Notes: a model not told the origin generated them from the sequence alone. DNA of 62,817 nucleotides, filler included, from Deltaproteobacteria bacterium (GCA_030698575.1; 6 parts of 6 records of this genome joined end to end with filler, not necessarily neighbours in it), one strand, 5' to 3'; numbered from the whole stretch's first letter, positions 39,586 through 49,684 are shown. Made by a program: numbers and translations.

Positions 39586-40520
39586 GACCCGCGACCCCGC
39601 GGTAGTAATAGAGGAGACAACACATAGATCCAAGCCGCCATAATCGTGAACGCACCGATCCCGGAGAACAGGGCCCAGACCGACGCCCGCGGCCACACCT
39701 TCTTGGGACTCGCTTGCGGCGGCTGAATCAGCGAGATCGACGGCGTGTTCCGCACTTCTCGCAGCTTTGCCGCCTGCGCCTGATTCGTCAGCGCGAGAAA
39801 CACATCCTGCCGGATCTGGATCTGGCGCCGCAGGCGCGCATCCTCAAACTGGAGGGCAGGGGAAGACGCGATGCTGCGGTTTGCGCTCAAGAAGTCGCGA
39901 TGCTGATTCTCGGCAGCCCGCAGCGCCCCCTGCGCGCTGTCGGCCTGTGCTTCCGCGAACCGACGTTCCGCTGACCCGCCCGAGCGAATGCTAGCCGTCG
40001 TCACGGTGTTCAATGCCTCGAGCACCGCGGCCGTGAGCGCGGCCGCCGTCGCGGGCGAAGGAGCCCGCGTCCGCAAAGTCACGAGATCGGCCTGGTCATC
40101 AGTTCGCACGATGAGCTTGTCCTTCAACCGGCGAATCCCTTTCTCGATGCTCTGCGCGGTCGTGTCGTCGACGTCCAGCAACGCGAGCACGGGTACCCGT
40201 TGACCGTCCGCCTCGAGCGTATCGCTCGCCACCAGACGCAACACCTCGCGCGATTGCGCCACCTGCGCGAAGTAATAGACGTTGTAACCCTTGGTGCCGG
40301 CGCTCACGCCAAATTGGGCGGCGATGGACTGGAGATTGCCCGGCAACGTCGGACTGACATCCTCGGCCGGACTGAAAATCGCCACGCCCTCGTACTGCTT
40401 GGGCACGACGAAGGTCAGGAGTACCCCAACAACCGCGGCGAGCAGCGGCAGCGCGATCAGCGCACGCCAGCGCCGCATCAGCTCCTGCACGCCGTCGCGC
40501 AGCGGATTCGGATCGTCCAT
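39582..40520 (-). CDS. Wzz/GNVR chain-length determinant
   Basis: Two TMs flanking a coiled coil; proline-rich PPQASPKKVWP. Confidence 0.85.
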   Translation of the reverse strand: MDDPNPLRDGVQELMRRWRALIALPLLAAVVGVLLTFVVPKQYEGVAIFSPAEDVSPTLPGNLQSIAAQFGVSAGTKGYNVYYFAQVAQSREVLRLVASDTLEADGQRVPVLALLDVDDTTAQSIEKGIRRLKDKLIVRTDDQADLVTLRTRAPSPATAAALTAAVLEALNTVTTASIRSGGSAERRFAEAQADSAQGALRAAENQHRDFLSANRSIASSPALQFEDARLRRQIQIRQDVFLALTNQAQAAKLREVRNTPSISLIQPPQASPKKVWPRASVWALFSGIGAFTIMAAWIYVLSPLLLPRGRGS

Positions 40521-40524
40521 GGGA

Positions 40525-41745
40525 TCAGCCGGCACGGCCAAGTAACGCCTCCCCACCCAGTTTCCGGTGACACTCGCCCGCCAAATGCTCCCCGAACGGC
40601 AAGCTGCACGTCAAACCCGGCGACACCGCATTGAGCACGTGCACCGTCCGCTCGGTCTCGCGTACGACGATGTCGTCCACCATGTGCCCATCCCGCGATA
40701 CCACCGTCGCCCGATTTCCCGCAAACGAGCGGACCAGATCTGCACGCTCGAGCGCCGGAATCAAGAACCGCGCCTCCCGCCAAACCGCCCCGAGCGACAG
40801 GCTCTTGCGGACCTCGCTCACGACGAGTGAGCGAAACCGCGGCTCCCGAAACAGCCGGTAGAACCCCGGCCAAGATAGCGTGCCCGAGAGATCCCGCAGA
40901 TTCATCTGGGCGAAGCGGTACGCTTCCCGCCCAAACGCGAGCATCGCCCCGGGACCCACGATCACCCGCCCATCCACGCGCCGGGAAAGGTGCACTCCCA
41001 GAAACGGAAACGTGAGGTCCGGCACCGCATACACGTGGCTGCGAACCAGCCGTCGGCTGTCAGCCGTCAGTTCGGCGTAGTAACCACGAAACGGGATGAT
41101 CCGCAGGTCCGCCGCCACCGCGCCCGCGATCCGGTCGGCGTGCAGCCCGGCGCAGTTCAAGAGGGCAGGGGCCGCCAGCGTTCCCCCCGAGGTGTCCACC
41201 TCGACCACGCGCCCTTCCCGGAAGCCCCGCACAGCCGTTCCATACCGGACCTGCACGCCCAACGCCTCGGCGTCCGCCAGCAGCGCGCGCACATACGCCG
41301 GCGCGTCGAAGCTCGCTCCCTCAGGCGCGTGCAGCCCCTCGACACCCCGGGCATGCGCCTCGATCGCCGCGATGTCATCGCCGCTGACGATCCGGCTCTG
41401 CACGCCGTTGCCCTGCGCCCGCCGGTGCAGCTCGGCCAGCGTCGCCCGCTCGGCCTCCGTCCGAGCGACGATGAGAATCCCGCCCTCGTCCACGGGAATG
41501 CCGCGCTCCCGGCAATAGGCGCGCAGCCGCCGGCTCCCCTCGACGCAATACTTTGCCTTCAGACTGCCTGGCTTGAGGTTGTAGCCGGAATGGATGACGC
41601 CGCTGTTGCGGCCGCTCTGATGCTGTGCCGGCTGCGTTTCCTTCTCCACCACCAGGACCCGCGCGCCCAGCTTGGCCAGATGCAGCGCGGCGCTCGCGCC
41701 AATCGCCCCCGCGCCGATGACGATGACGTCGGGAGAAGCCGTCAG
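40525..41745 (-). CDS. lhgO: L-2-hydroxyglutarate oxidase family FAD oxidoreductase
   Basis: GAGAIG, HQSGRNSGVIHSG, FPFLGVH, NAVSPGLT; start inferred (CTG). Confidence 0.85.
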   Translation of the reverse strand: MTASPDVIVIGAGAIGASAALHLAKLGARVLVVEKETQPAQHQSGRNSGVIHSGYNLKPGSLKAKYCVEGSRRLRAYCRERGIPVDEGGILIVARTEAERATLAELHRRAQGNGVQSRIVSGDDIAAIEAHARGVEGLHAPEGASFDAPAYVRALLADAEALGVQVRYGTAVRGFREGRVVEVDTSGGTLAAPALLNCAGLHADRIAGAVAADLRIIPFRGYYAELTADSRRLVRSHVYAVPDLTFPFLGVHLSRRVDGRVIVGPGAMLAFGREAYRFAQMNLRDLSGTLSWPGFYRLFREPRFRSLVVSEVRKSLSLGAVWREARFLIPALERADLVRSFAGNRATVVSRDGHMVDDIVVRETERTVHVLNAVSPGLTCSLPFGEHLAGECHRKLGGEALLGRAG

Positions 41746-42626
41746 TTCAGGTGGCCCTTTGCGGCGAGATAGGCCCGCAGCGCGTCACGCCACCGGGGCA
41801 ACGGCGCACCCAGCAGCTTGCTGAGCCGTCCGGTATCCAGGGCCGAATTCCGCGGGCGACGGACCTTGGACGGAAACGTTGCGGCAGGGACCGCTTCGAC
41901 AGGGACGGTGAGTCCGGCGAGCGCGACGGCCTCGCTGGCGAAAGCGTGCCACGTACACTGCTCGGGGTTCGTGACGTGTACCACGCCGCGCGCGTCTCCG
42001 GTCGCGAGCCGGATGATCGCGGCCCCCGCGTCCGCTGTCGAGGTCGGCGTCATCCACTGATCGTTGACGACCTTCAACGGTCCGCCCTCGCGCGCCTTCT
42101 TGAGAATCGTCTCAATGAAGTTGCCGCCCTTGCCCCGCGCGCCGGCAACACCAAAGAGTGACGAGACCCTAACGACGAGATGGTCCTCGAGCGCCTGCGC
42201 CACCAGCTGCTCGCCCGCCGCCTTCGATGCGCCGTAGACATTGAGCGGCGCAACAGGATCGTCCTCGTCATACGCGCTTCCCGCTTCCCGCTTCCCGTCA
42301 AACACGTAGTCGGTACTGACGTAGACGCACCGCGCCCCCGCCGTTCTCGCCGCCCGCGCCACGAGCAGCGCGCCGACGGCGTTGACGCGATAGGCCTCGG
42401 CGGGATCCTCCTCGCAGCGGTCCACCTGGTGAAACGCGGCGCTGTTAACGACGACGGAAGGCTGCAGCCGGGAGAACGCCCGTTCTAATGAAGGGAAATC
42501 GGTGACATCCACCTCATCGTGCCCCAGCGCAGCATGCTCCACGCTGGCCGCGGCGGCCGCCCGCACGATGTCGCTGCCCAGCTGACCTGTGGCGCCGAGG
42601 ATCGCGACCGGCTTAGAGGACGACAT
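41742..42626 (-). CDS. rmlD: dTDP-4-dehydrorhamnose reductase
   Basis: GATGQLG, STDYVFDG, YGASK. Confidence 0.93.
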   Translation of the reverse strand: MSSSKPVAILGATGQLGSDIVRAAAAASVEHAALGHDEVDVTDFPSLERAFSRLQPSVVVNSAAFHQVDRCEEDPAEAYRVNAVGALLVARAARTAGARCVYVSTDYVFDGKREAGSAYDEDDPVAPLNVYGASKAAGEQLVAQALEDHLVVRVSSLFGVAGARGKGGNFIETILKKAREGGPLKVVNDQWMTPTSTADAGAAIIRLATGDARGVVHVTNPEQCTWHAFASEAVALAGLTVPVEAVPAATFPSKVRRPRNSALDTGRLSKLLGAPLPRWRDALRAYLAAKGHLN

Positions 42627-43632
42627 CGCGCTGCACGACGTCCTTCAGCGTCCGGTGCCACTGCATCAGGCTCTTGTACCACTCCACCGTGCGCGTCGTC
42701 GGGCCGTCGGTGAGACTGCCTTTACGGAGCGCGGCGAAGATCTCGCGGGCCCCAATTTCCGGCGTCTCGCACGTGGCGTAGCCGAGGCGCTCACCAATCT
42801 TCTTGAAGCTCACCTGATAGGACCGGTGATCGGGGTCGCCGTACCAGTCCTCGACGTATGGCATGTCGAGCGCGTGGCACAATCGCTGGGCGAGCGGCTG
42901 GACCTGGAGGTTCTGGTCGTCCGATCCGACGTTGAAGATCTCGCCGTTCACCGCCGCGGGGTCGGCCTCGAGCACCGTGATGAAGGCGCGGCTGGTGTCC
43001 CGGATGTGCACCATGGGCCGCCACTGCGTGCCGTCGCGCAGAATCTTCACGCTGCCCTGTTTGTGCAGCGCCAGCGTCATCCCGTTGATCGCCAGATCGA
43101 AGCGCATGCGCCGCGAGGGGCCGTACACCGTCGCCTGACGCACCGCGGTGACGGTGTAGTTCTTTGACGCAAGGCCGAGCGTCGACTCCTCGGCGCGGCG
43201 GTTCGCGACGGCGTAGGTCGTCAGCGGGTTGATGGCGCTGGTCTCGTCCACCACGTCGTCCTGGAAGCCGTAGATACTGCACGACGAGGCCAGCACGTAG
43301 CGCCGCACGCCCGCCTGTTTCGCTATCCGGCAGATACGCGCCCGACCCTCGTGATTGATCTCCAGCGTCTTCTCGGGATTCAGCTCGCCCGCCGGATCGT
43401 TGCTCAACGCCGCGAGATCGCAGACGGCGTCGATTCCCTTGAACACGCTGTCGGGACACCAGCGGATGTCATCCTGGATGACGTGGAGCTTTTGGTTGTT
43501 CCGCAGATCGGCCAGCGTGTCGCCAAAAAACATCCGGTCGAGGACGGTGACTTCGTAGCCGCGCTCCAGCAGGAGACCGGTCAGGACCGAGCCGATGTAG
43601 CCGGCGCCGCCGGTGACGAGCACGTGGGTCAT
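42613..43632 (-). CDS. NAD-dependent epimerase/dehydratase
   Basis: TGGAGYIG, LAALSNDP, SSCSIYG. Confidence 0.9.
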   Translation of the reverse strand: MTHVLVTGGAGYIGSVLTGLLLERGYEVTVLDRMFFGDTLADLRNNQKLHVIQDDIRWCPDSVFKGIDAVCDLAALSNDPAGELNPEKTLEINHEGRARICRIAKQAGVRRYVLASSCSIYGFQDDVVDETSAINPLTTYAVANRRAEESTLGLASKNYTVTAVRQATVYGPSRRMRFDLAINGMTLALHKQGSVKILRDGTQWRPMVHIRDTSRAFITVLEADPAAVNGEIFNVGSDDQNLQVQPLAQRLCHALDMPYVEDWYGDPDHRSYQVSFKKIGERLGYATCETPEIGAREIFAALRKGSLTDGPTTRTVEWYKSLMQWHRTLKDVVQRDVVL

Positions 43633-44201
43633 GACGATTGCTTCCACTGGAAGTTGTTCTCGGCGTCGGCCAGGGCAGGGGCCTCTGCATCCTTGGGGGA
43701 CAACAGCGGCGTCCGCGTCGGCCAGGTGATAGCGAGCTGGGGATCGTCCCACCGCACGATGCGCTCGTGCGATGGACTGTACTCAGCCGTCGTCTTGTAG
43801 ACGACCTCGGTCACGTCGCTGAGCGTGCAGAAGCCATGCAAGAAGCCGGGAGGCACCCAGAGAATCTTGCGGTTCTCGGCGCTCAGCTCGACCGCGACCC
43901 ATTTGCCGTAGGTGGGCGATCCGCGGCGGATGTCGGCGGCGACGTCGAACACGGCCCCCACCGTGCAGCGCACGAGCTTGCCCTGTGCCAACGGGTCCTT
44001 CTGATAATGCAGGCCGCGAATAACGCCCTTGCCCACGGAGCGCGAGTGGTTGTCCTGCCGGAACTCGTGCGCGATGCCCTTAGCCTCGAACTCACTGCGC
44101 TTGTAGGTCTCCATGAACCAGCCGCGATCATCCCCAAACGCCCTCGGCTCGAGCACCAAGACGTCGGGAAGTTTGGGATGGGGCTGAAACGCGACCGGCA
44201 T
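43629..44201 (-). CDS. rmlC: dTDP-4-dehydrorhamnose 3,5-epimerase
   Basis: DDRGWF, QDNHS, RGLHYQ, GFLHGF. Confidence 0.95.
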   Translation of the reverse strand: MPVAFQPHPKLPDVLVLEPRAFGDDRGWFMETYKRSEFEAKGIAHEFRQDNHSRSVGKGVIRGLHYQKDPLAQGKLVRCTVGAVFDVAADIRRGSPTYGKWVAVELSAENRKILWVPPGFLHGFCTLSDVTEVVYKTTAEYSPSHERIVRWDDPQLAITWPTRTPLLSPKDAEAPALADAENNFQWKQSS

Positions 44202-44204
44202 GAC

Positions 44205-45122
44205 TCAGTCTTTCTCCTTAATGATGGCCTGCAGGTACTGGGCGTACGGATTGTTCTTGAGCGGCGCGGCCAGCCGCTCCACCTGCGCCGCGTCGATGAA
44301 CCCCATCCGCCAGGCGACTTCCTCGATGGCACCCACCTTCAACCCCTGTCGCTGCTCGAGCGCCGCCACGTAATTGGCCGCCTGCAGCAGCGCGTCGGGA
44401 TTGCCGGTGTCGAGCCAGGCGATGCCACGGCTCAGCACCGTCACGTTGAGCGCGCCGCGCTTCAAGTACGTGGCGTTCACATCCGTGATCTCCAGCTCGC
44501 CCCGCGCCGAGGGACGCAGCCCAGCAGCGATGTCGAGCACGTCGCGGTCGTAGAAATAAAGTCCGGTCACGGCGTATGAGGACTTGGGAGACTTCGGCTT
44601 CTCCTCGATGCTCTTGGCCCGCCGCTCGGCGTCGAACTCGACCACGCCGTAGCGCTCGGGATCCTTCACGTGGTAGGCGAATACGGTGGCGCCCGTCGTC
44701 CGGCTCGCGGCCTGCTCGAGCAGCGGCCGCAAGCCGCCGCCGTAGAAAATGTTGTCGCCCAGCACGAGCGCCGACGGTGCGCCAGCGACGAAATCCCGCC
44801 CGATCACGAATGCCTGCGCCAACCCCTCCGGCCGCGGCTGCTCGGCATAGTGAAAGCACATACCGAACTGCTTGCCGTCGCCGAGCAGCATCTCGAAGCG
44901 CGGCAGGTCCTGCGGCGTGGAGATGACCAGCACGTCCCGAATCCCCGCCAACATCAAGGTGGAGAGGGGATAGTAGATCATCGGCTTGTCGTAGACCGGC
45001 AGGAGCTGCTTGCTGACGCTGAGCGTGAGGGGATGGAGCCGTGTCCCGGCGCCACCGGCGAGAATGATGCCCTTACGACCGTGCTCGACCTTTCCCCTTT
45101 CCCCATTCCCCGCAGTTTTCAC
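44205..45122 (-). CDS. rmlA: Glucose-1-phosphate thymidylyltransferase
   Basis: [34 protein letters not shown]; start approximate. Confidence 0.96.
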   Translation of the reverse strand: MKTAGNGERGKVEHGRKGIILAGGAGTRLHPLTLSVSKQLLPVYDKPMIYYPLSTLMLAGIRDVLVISTPQDLPRFEMLLGDGKQFGMCFHYAEQPRPEGLAQAFVIGRDFVAGAPSALVLGDNIFYGGGLRPLLEQAASRTTGATVFAYHVKDPERYGVVEFDAERRAKSIEEKPKSPKSSYAVTGLYFYDRDVLDIAAGLRPSARGELEITDVNATYLKRGALNVTVLSRGIAWLDTGNPDALLQAANYVAALEQRQGLKVGAIEEVAWRMGFIDAAQVERLAAPLKNNPYAQYLQAIIKEKD

Positions 45123-45406
45123 CGCGTCGCTACCACGATCAGCGCCACTGTGCTCGCGAGGGTCTGAGCACGGAGCACGGAGAACGGAGCAGTACACATG
45201 AGGGCGAAAAGATGGGAGCTAACTACTGCGGTGTCAACGAGAAACGAGATACTGACACGGAGCACGAAGCACGGAGCAGGGAGCAGGGAGCACGGAGCAC
45301 GGAGCAGTGTGGCTTGGACTCGCAAAATTGCCACGCGCGATAACATGCCCCGTCATGCATCACTTCGGTGACATGCCCAGCCTCCCGGTGCACCAGGTTC
45401 GCCCGC

Positions 45407-45513
45407 GTGCCCGAGAGATGTACTATGACGATCATCCGCCACCGCACTTCCACGTGCGATACGGCGAGCATCGGGCTATACTCGAGATCGAGACTGCTGC
45501 CGTGCTAGAGTGA
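45407..45513 (+). pseudogene. DUF4160 (toxin-like) remnant
   Basis: VPE, then out-of-frame MYYDDHPPPHFHVRYGE...VLE*; parts of the N- and C-termini missing. Confidence 0.75.
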
Positions 45514-45517
45514 GGTC

Positions 45518-45802
45518 ATGCTGAAGGATATCGTAGAAGTAAAGCCCTTGGGTGGCTACCGGCTCTACTTGCGCTTCGAGGATGGGGTCGCGGGTGAGCT
45601 GGATTTCGCCGGTCGCCTGCGGTTCGACGGAGTCTTCGCACCGCTGCGCGATCCCGCCGTCTTCGCCCAGGTGCGAGTCCACCCCGAGCTCGGGACGGTC
45701 GCCTGGCCCAACGGGGCAGACCTCGATCCCGATGTCCTCTACGCAGAGCTGTCAGGAACTGCCATCGCCGTGCCGCCAGCGCCGACCCGCCGAACGCGTT
45801 AA
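45518..45802 (+). CDS. DUF2442 family protein (antitoxin-like)
   Basis: LRFEDG...WPNGADLDPDVLY. Confidence 0.88.
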   Translation: MLKDIVEVKPLGGYRLYLRFEDGVAGELDFAGRLRFDGVFAPLRDPAVFAQVRVHPELGTVAWPNGADLDPDVLYAELSGTAIAVPPAPTRRTR

Positions 45803-45896
45803 ACGGAGTACGGAGCACGGAGCACGGAGCAGATGCGCGAAATTGCCACCGCCTAGTGCCGGCCAGCTGCAAGCCCGAGCGCGCGTGCTCCGTGCC

Positions 45897-46172
45897 CTAC
45901 CGTCCCGCTCCCCGGTTCCCCTTCGCCGCTCGCCGTCGCGCCCCCCTGATCGCCCGCACGATCCGGCTGATCGTCCGGACCGTGGGATTGCCCCGCCCGT
46001 GCTCCAGGCGCGACAACGTCTCGGGCCGCATACCGGCCCGCCGCGCGACCTCCGCCTGCGTCAGGCCGGCCGCGCATCGCTGCTGACGGAGCCCCTTGGC
46101 GATGGACACGCTCGCGTAGGCGATGGCGTCCACGTACCACTGGCGCCCAACACGAATCTTCGGCACACGCAT
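45897..46172 (-). CDS. XRE-family HTH antitoxin
   Basis: GLTQAEVARRAGMRPETLSRLEHG. Confidence 0.8.
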   Translation of the reverse strand: MRVPKIRVGRQWYVDAIAYASVSIAKGLRQQRCAAGLTQAEVARRAGMRPETLSRLEHGRGNPTVRTISRIVRAIRGARRRAAKGNRGAGR

Positions 46173-46173
46173 G

Positions 46174-46361
46174 TTATTGCTCATAGAAGCGATCCCGATG
46201 TCCAATCCTGACGACGAGGATGAGGCACCCCTGAGGGGCTTCGCACCACTGACGCGGGGCCACGAGCCCAGTCGCACCAACAACCGGCGAACCCGCGTCT
46301 GGATGACCGACGGGAGCGCGTCGAACTCCTGCTCCGCGCTCTGGGCAAGGGCAACCCTCAT
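46174..46361 (-). pseudogene. RelE/ParE toxin with internal frameshifting deletion
   Basis: MRVAL...GAKPLRG in one frame and VVRIGHRDRFYEQ* in another; the central R-x-GDYR segment is absent. Confidence 0.75.
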
Positions 46362-46633
46362 GGAGAGTATCGGGTGCGCATGACATAAAAGTCAAGCCAA
46401 CCGGCGGCGGGGGAGTAACCGGACTGCCGCTCACCGGAGCTGAAAAATGCGATCTGACTCGACGCCCGGGACGCACGGAGCACGGAGCACGGAGCACGGA
46501 GCACGGAGCAGGGAGCACGGAGCAGCGCCAGAATGGTCCGCCGCGCGGTCGTTCGATGACGGTGCGGCACGGCGCCGGCTCCATCATGGGTCGTGCCGGG
46601 CACTTGCCTCTCGCATCGCCGAGGACCGATAGT

Positions 46634-47197
46634 ATGGCCATGCCGCTCGCCGCGCACCGCTTCACGGTGGACGAATACCACCGCATGGGAGAGGCCGGGG
46701 TCTTCCACGAGGACGACCGGGTCGAGCTCATCGATGGTCACGTGGTCGCGATGACGCCCATCGGCCCCGCCCACGGCGGCTGCGTAAACCGTTTGACCAT
46801 GCTGTTCGCGCCGCCGCTGGCGGGCCGCGAGGCGACGCTGAGCGTCCAAAACCCGCTGGTCCTGGCCGAGCACCAGGAACCGCAGCCTGACGTCGCCGTG
46901 CTCCGCTACCGGGCCGACGGCTACCAGACCGGCCACCCGCGCGCGCTCGACACGCTGCTGGTCGTCGAAGTCGCCGATACCTCGCTCGCCTACGACCGCG
47001 ACGTCAAGCTCCCGCGCTACGCCCGCGCCGCGGTGCCCGAGGTGTGGCTCGTGGACCTGGCAGGCGACGCCATCGTCGTCCATCGCGAGCCGAGCCCGGA
47101 CCGCTACCGCGACATCGTCACCCTCACCCGAGGTGACACCTTGCGCCCACTGCTCCTGCCCGGGGTGGCTATCGCCGCCGCCGACATCCTCGGGTAG
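46634..47197 (+). CDS. Uma2 family endonuclease
   Basis: FTVDEY, VELIDG, PQPD, VEVADTS, K...Y, EVWLVD. Confidence 0.93.
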   Translation: MAMPLAAHRFTVDEYHRMGEAGVFHEDDRVELIDGHVVAMTPIGPAHGGCVNRLTMLFAPPLAGREATLSVQNPLVLAEHQEPQPDVAVLRYRADGYQTGHPRALDTLLVVEVADTSLAYDRDVKLPRYARAAVPEVWLVDLAGDAIVVHREPSPDRYRDIVTLTRGDTLRPLLLPGVAIAAADILG

Positions 47198-47366
47198 CAC
47201 GAGCACGGAGCAGAGAGCACGGAGCGGTACAGCTTCGATGCGCGCAATTGCCACCGCCGGCAGCGCCAGGGTACTGGTTATCGCCGGCGGGATCCCAATT
47301 TCGGTACATGCTGCGCGCCCGGTTGCGACGGGCGTAAGTCGGTCCTTACCTTAGCAAGGGTTGCGA

Positions 47367-47699
47367 ATGCCGGAGTCCGGACTCGACGAACGGGTGGCGA
47401 GATTGGAAGGCCGGGTGGAGGGATTCAACGATCGGTTCGATGGGCTGGAACGCCGAATCGACGGCCTGGCGCGGCGAGTCGAGGAGTCGACGGTACTTCT
47501 GAGCACTCGTATCGATACGCTCGATGCCAAGGTGGACCGCTTCCGCGAGGAGCTGCGCGCCGATCTCGGCGGGCGCATCGCGGGCCTGGGCGGCCGCCTC
47601 GACACCCTCGACCAAAAGGTCTCTCGCCAGTTCACCTGGACCACCGGCATCCAGGTCGCCGTCCTGCTCGCCGTCGTCGCCGCGCTGGCCGGCCGCTGA
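47367..47699 (+). CDS. Coiled-coil protein with C-terminal TM (DUF1640-like)
   Basis: Heptad repeats, then FTWTTGIQVAVLL. Confidence 0.8.
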   Translation: MPESGLDERVARLEGRVEGFNDRFDGLERRIDGLARRVEESTVLLSTRIDTLDAKVDRFREELRADLGGRIAGLGGRLDTLDQKVSRQFTWTTGIQVAVLLAVVAALAGR

Positions 47700-47809
47700 C
47701 AACGGAGCACGGAGCAGGGAGCACGGGCCGACGGAGCACGGAGATGACGCGTGGCCCGCATTCCCGCCCCAGATTGACCCGACACTCTCGCCGAGCCGAT
47801 ATTGTGCCC

Positions 47810-48367
47810 ATGGCGCTGCACATACACCGAGGCCCCTTCACCGTGGACGCCTACCAGCGGCTGGGGGAGTTGGGGGTCCTCCCGCACGGCGCCCGCGTCG
47901 AGCTCATCGACGGCCAGGTCGTCGAGATGACCCCCAGCGGGGACGACCATGCAAGCTGCGTGCGGCGCCTCAACCACCTGCTGGCGCGCGCCGCCGGCGG
48001 CCGAGCCATCGTCGACGTCCAGAACCCTGTGGTCCTCGGGCCCTACGACGCGCCGCAGCCCGACCTCGCGCTCCTCAGGCCGCAGGCCGACCTCTACCCG
48101 CGGCACCCCCGCCCCGGCGATGTGATCCTCGCGATCGAAGTCGCGGACACCTCGCTCGCGTACGACCGCGACGTGAAGATCCCCCGCTATGCGGCGGCTG
48201 GTATTCCGGAGATCTGGCTGGTGGACCTCGGCGCCGACACCGTCGGCGTCTACCGAAGACCGGGCCCGGATGGGTACAGCGAGGTGGTGATGCACGGCCG
48301 AGGTGAAACGCTGCGACCGCATTTGCTGGCTGGGATCGCCGTCCTCGCGGACGAGGTCCTCGGTTAG
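47810..48367 (+). CDS. Uma2 family endonuclease
   Basis: VELIDG, PQPD, IEVADTS. Confidence 0.93.
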   Translation: MALHIHRGPFTVDAYQRLGELGVLPHGARVELIDGQVVEMTPSGDDHASCVRRLNHLLARAAGGRAIVDVQNPVVLGPYDAPQPDLALLRPQADLYPRHPRPGDVILAIEVADTSLAYDRDVKIPRYAAAGIPEIWLVDLGADTVGVYRRPGPDGYSEVVMHGRGETLRPHLLAGIAVLADEVLG

Positions 48368-48632
48368 GGCCGCGACCGCCGCGTCACCGCGTCACCACCT
48401 GCGCCGCCCGGTTGCGACGGGTCCAAGTCGGTCCTTACCGTAGCAAGGGTTGCGAATGCCGGAACCCGCACCGCTTCCCAACCACGGGCCTGAGCGTCCT
48501 GCTCCGTGCTCCGTGCTCCATCAGGCTTCCACCCGCATGAACCCGTCCCCCTCCGGCGCGAAAACGATGACGGTTGGCCCGCAGTCCCGCCCCACATTGC
48601 CCCGTCCCTCTCGCCGAGCCCATATTGTGCCG

Positions 48633-48719
48633 ATGGCGCTGCACATGCTCCGGGGCCCCTTCACCGTCGAGTCCTACCAGCGGCTCGCCGAGCTGGGCGT
48701 GCTCGGCGCGGACGAGCGC
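48633..48719 (+). CDS. Uma2 family endonuclease, N-terminal fragment
   Basis: MALHMLRGPFTVESYQRL, paralog of 47810; runs off the contig. Confidence 0.85.
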
Positions 48720-49106
48720 NNNNNNNNNNNNNNNNNNNNNNNNNNNNNNNNNNNNNNNNNNNNTTAATTAATTAANNNNNNNNNNNNNNNNNNNNNNNNN
48801 NNNNNNNNNNNNNNNNNNNGAATTCCAATTTGTGGCTGATAATCCGGGATTCGGCCGGCTTGCTCCGGAGGCCGTTCTGCCCGAGACTTCCCCGCCATCA
48901 GGGCCCTGTGTACAGTCCTGTGTGACACCGCGCTGGTCACGATCGCGCGGCTCCTGAAACCTGGCCGCTCGAAGCCCATTGCCGGGGGCTGTACGAGCTC
49001 CCCATGGCGGCGTGATTAGCAATTCGCCCTGTACAGCTAAACTCTCAACCCCAACTGCAGGATCGACATGAAATCCTGATCATAGTTGGGGAGCAGGTCA
49101 GGCGGC

Positions 49107-49502
49107 ATGGTTTATCACACCCTGGCCGGTTTGGTCGTCGTCCTCCATCTCGCCTTCATCATCTTCGTGGTGGTTGGCGGGCTCCTCGCTCTGTGCTGGC
49201 ACTGGGCGCCGCTTGTGCATCTTCCGGCCGCCCTCTGGGGGGTGTTCATCGAGGTGTCGGGGGGAGTCTGCCCGCTCACGCCCCTCGAGAACGCGCTTCG
49301 TCGCGCGGCAGGTGCTTCGGGCTACTCGGGCGGCTTCATCGAGCACTACCTCGTTCCAACCATCTACCCGGTGGCGCTTTCGCACCCAGTGCAGCTGCTG
49401 CTGGCAAGTCTGGTAGTGCTGGCCAATGCGCTCGTGTACTGGTTCGTTTGGCGACGGTACAGGCGTGCGCGGGGGAGGCTGAGCGGTCGGGGACATGAGT
49501 AA
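49107..49502 (+). CDS. DUF2784 family membrane protein
   Basis: HLAFIIFVVVGG, CPLTPLEN, GFIEHY. Confidence 0.88.
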   Translation: MVYHTLAGLVVVLHLAFIIFVVVGGLLALCWHWAPLVHLPAALWGVFIEVSGGVCPLTPLENALRRAAGASGYSGGFIEHYLVPTIYPVALSHPVQLLLASLVVLANALVYWFVWRRYRRARGRLSGRGHE

Positions 49503-49684
49503 CCAATCAGTCCGGGGACATGGGTGAGAGTTTCTTCCTTCTTTTTCCTCTCAAGGCATCCTCGATCTTCAGATCTCTGAACCGTATTCGCGATGGACCT
49601 CGATCGGGTCAATCGGCATGACGCGAGTCTCCTTCACGAGGAACAGGTTCGGACCTGTGTAGAACCCCCGGACGCTCTTTCCAT

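Larger units (their letters stand above)
45166..48519. repeat. Seven tandem heptamer (GAGCACG)n tracts separating small genes
   Basis: 45166-45192, 45256-45307, 45803-45832, 46473-46525, 47196-47225, 47702-47743, and inverted at 48500-48519. Confidence 0.92.

Noticed and set aside
45897-46361. 154-aa RelE-HTH fusion protein
   Set aside because: Better explained as a frameshifted RelE pseudogene reading into a separate antitoxin gene
45166-48519. Possible CRISPR array or integron
   Set aside because: The repeats are 7-bp tandem units separated by whole genes; no constant-length spacers, cas genes, attC pattern or tyrosine integrase
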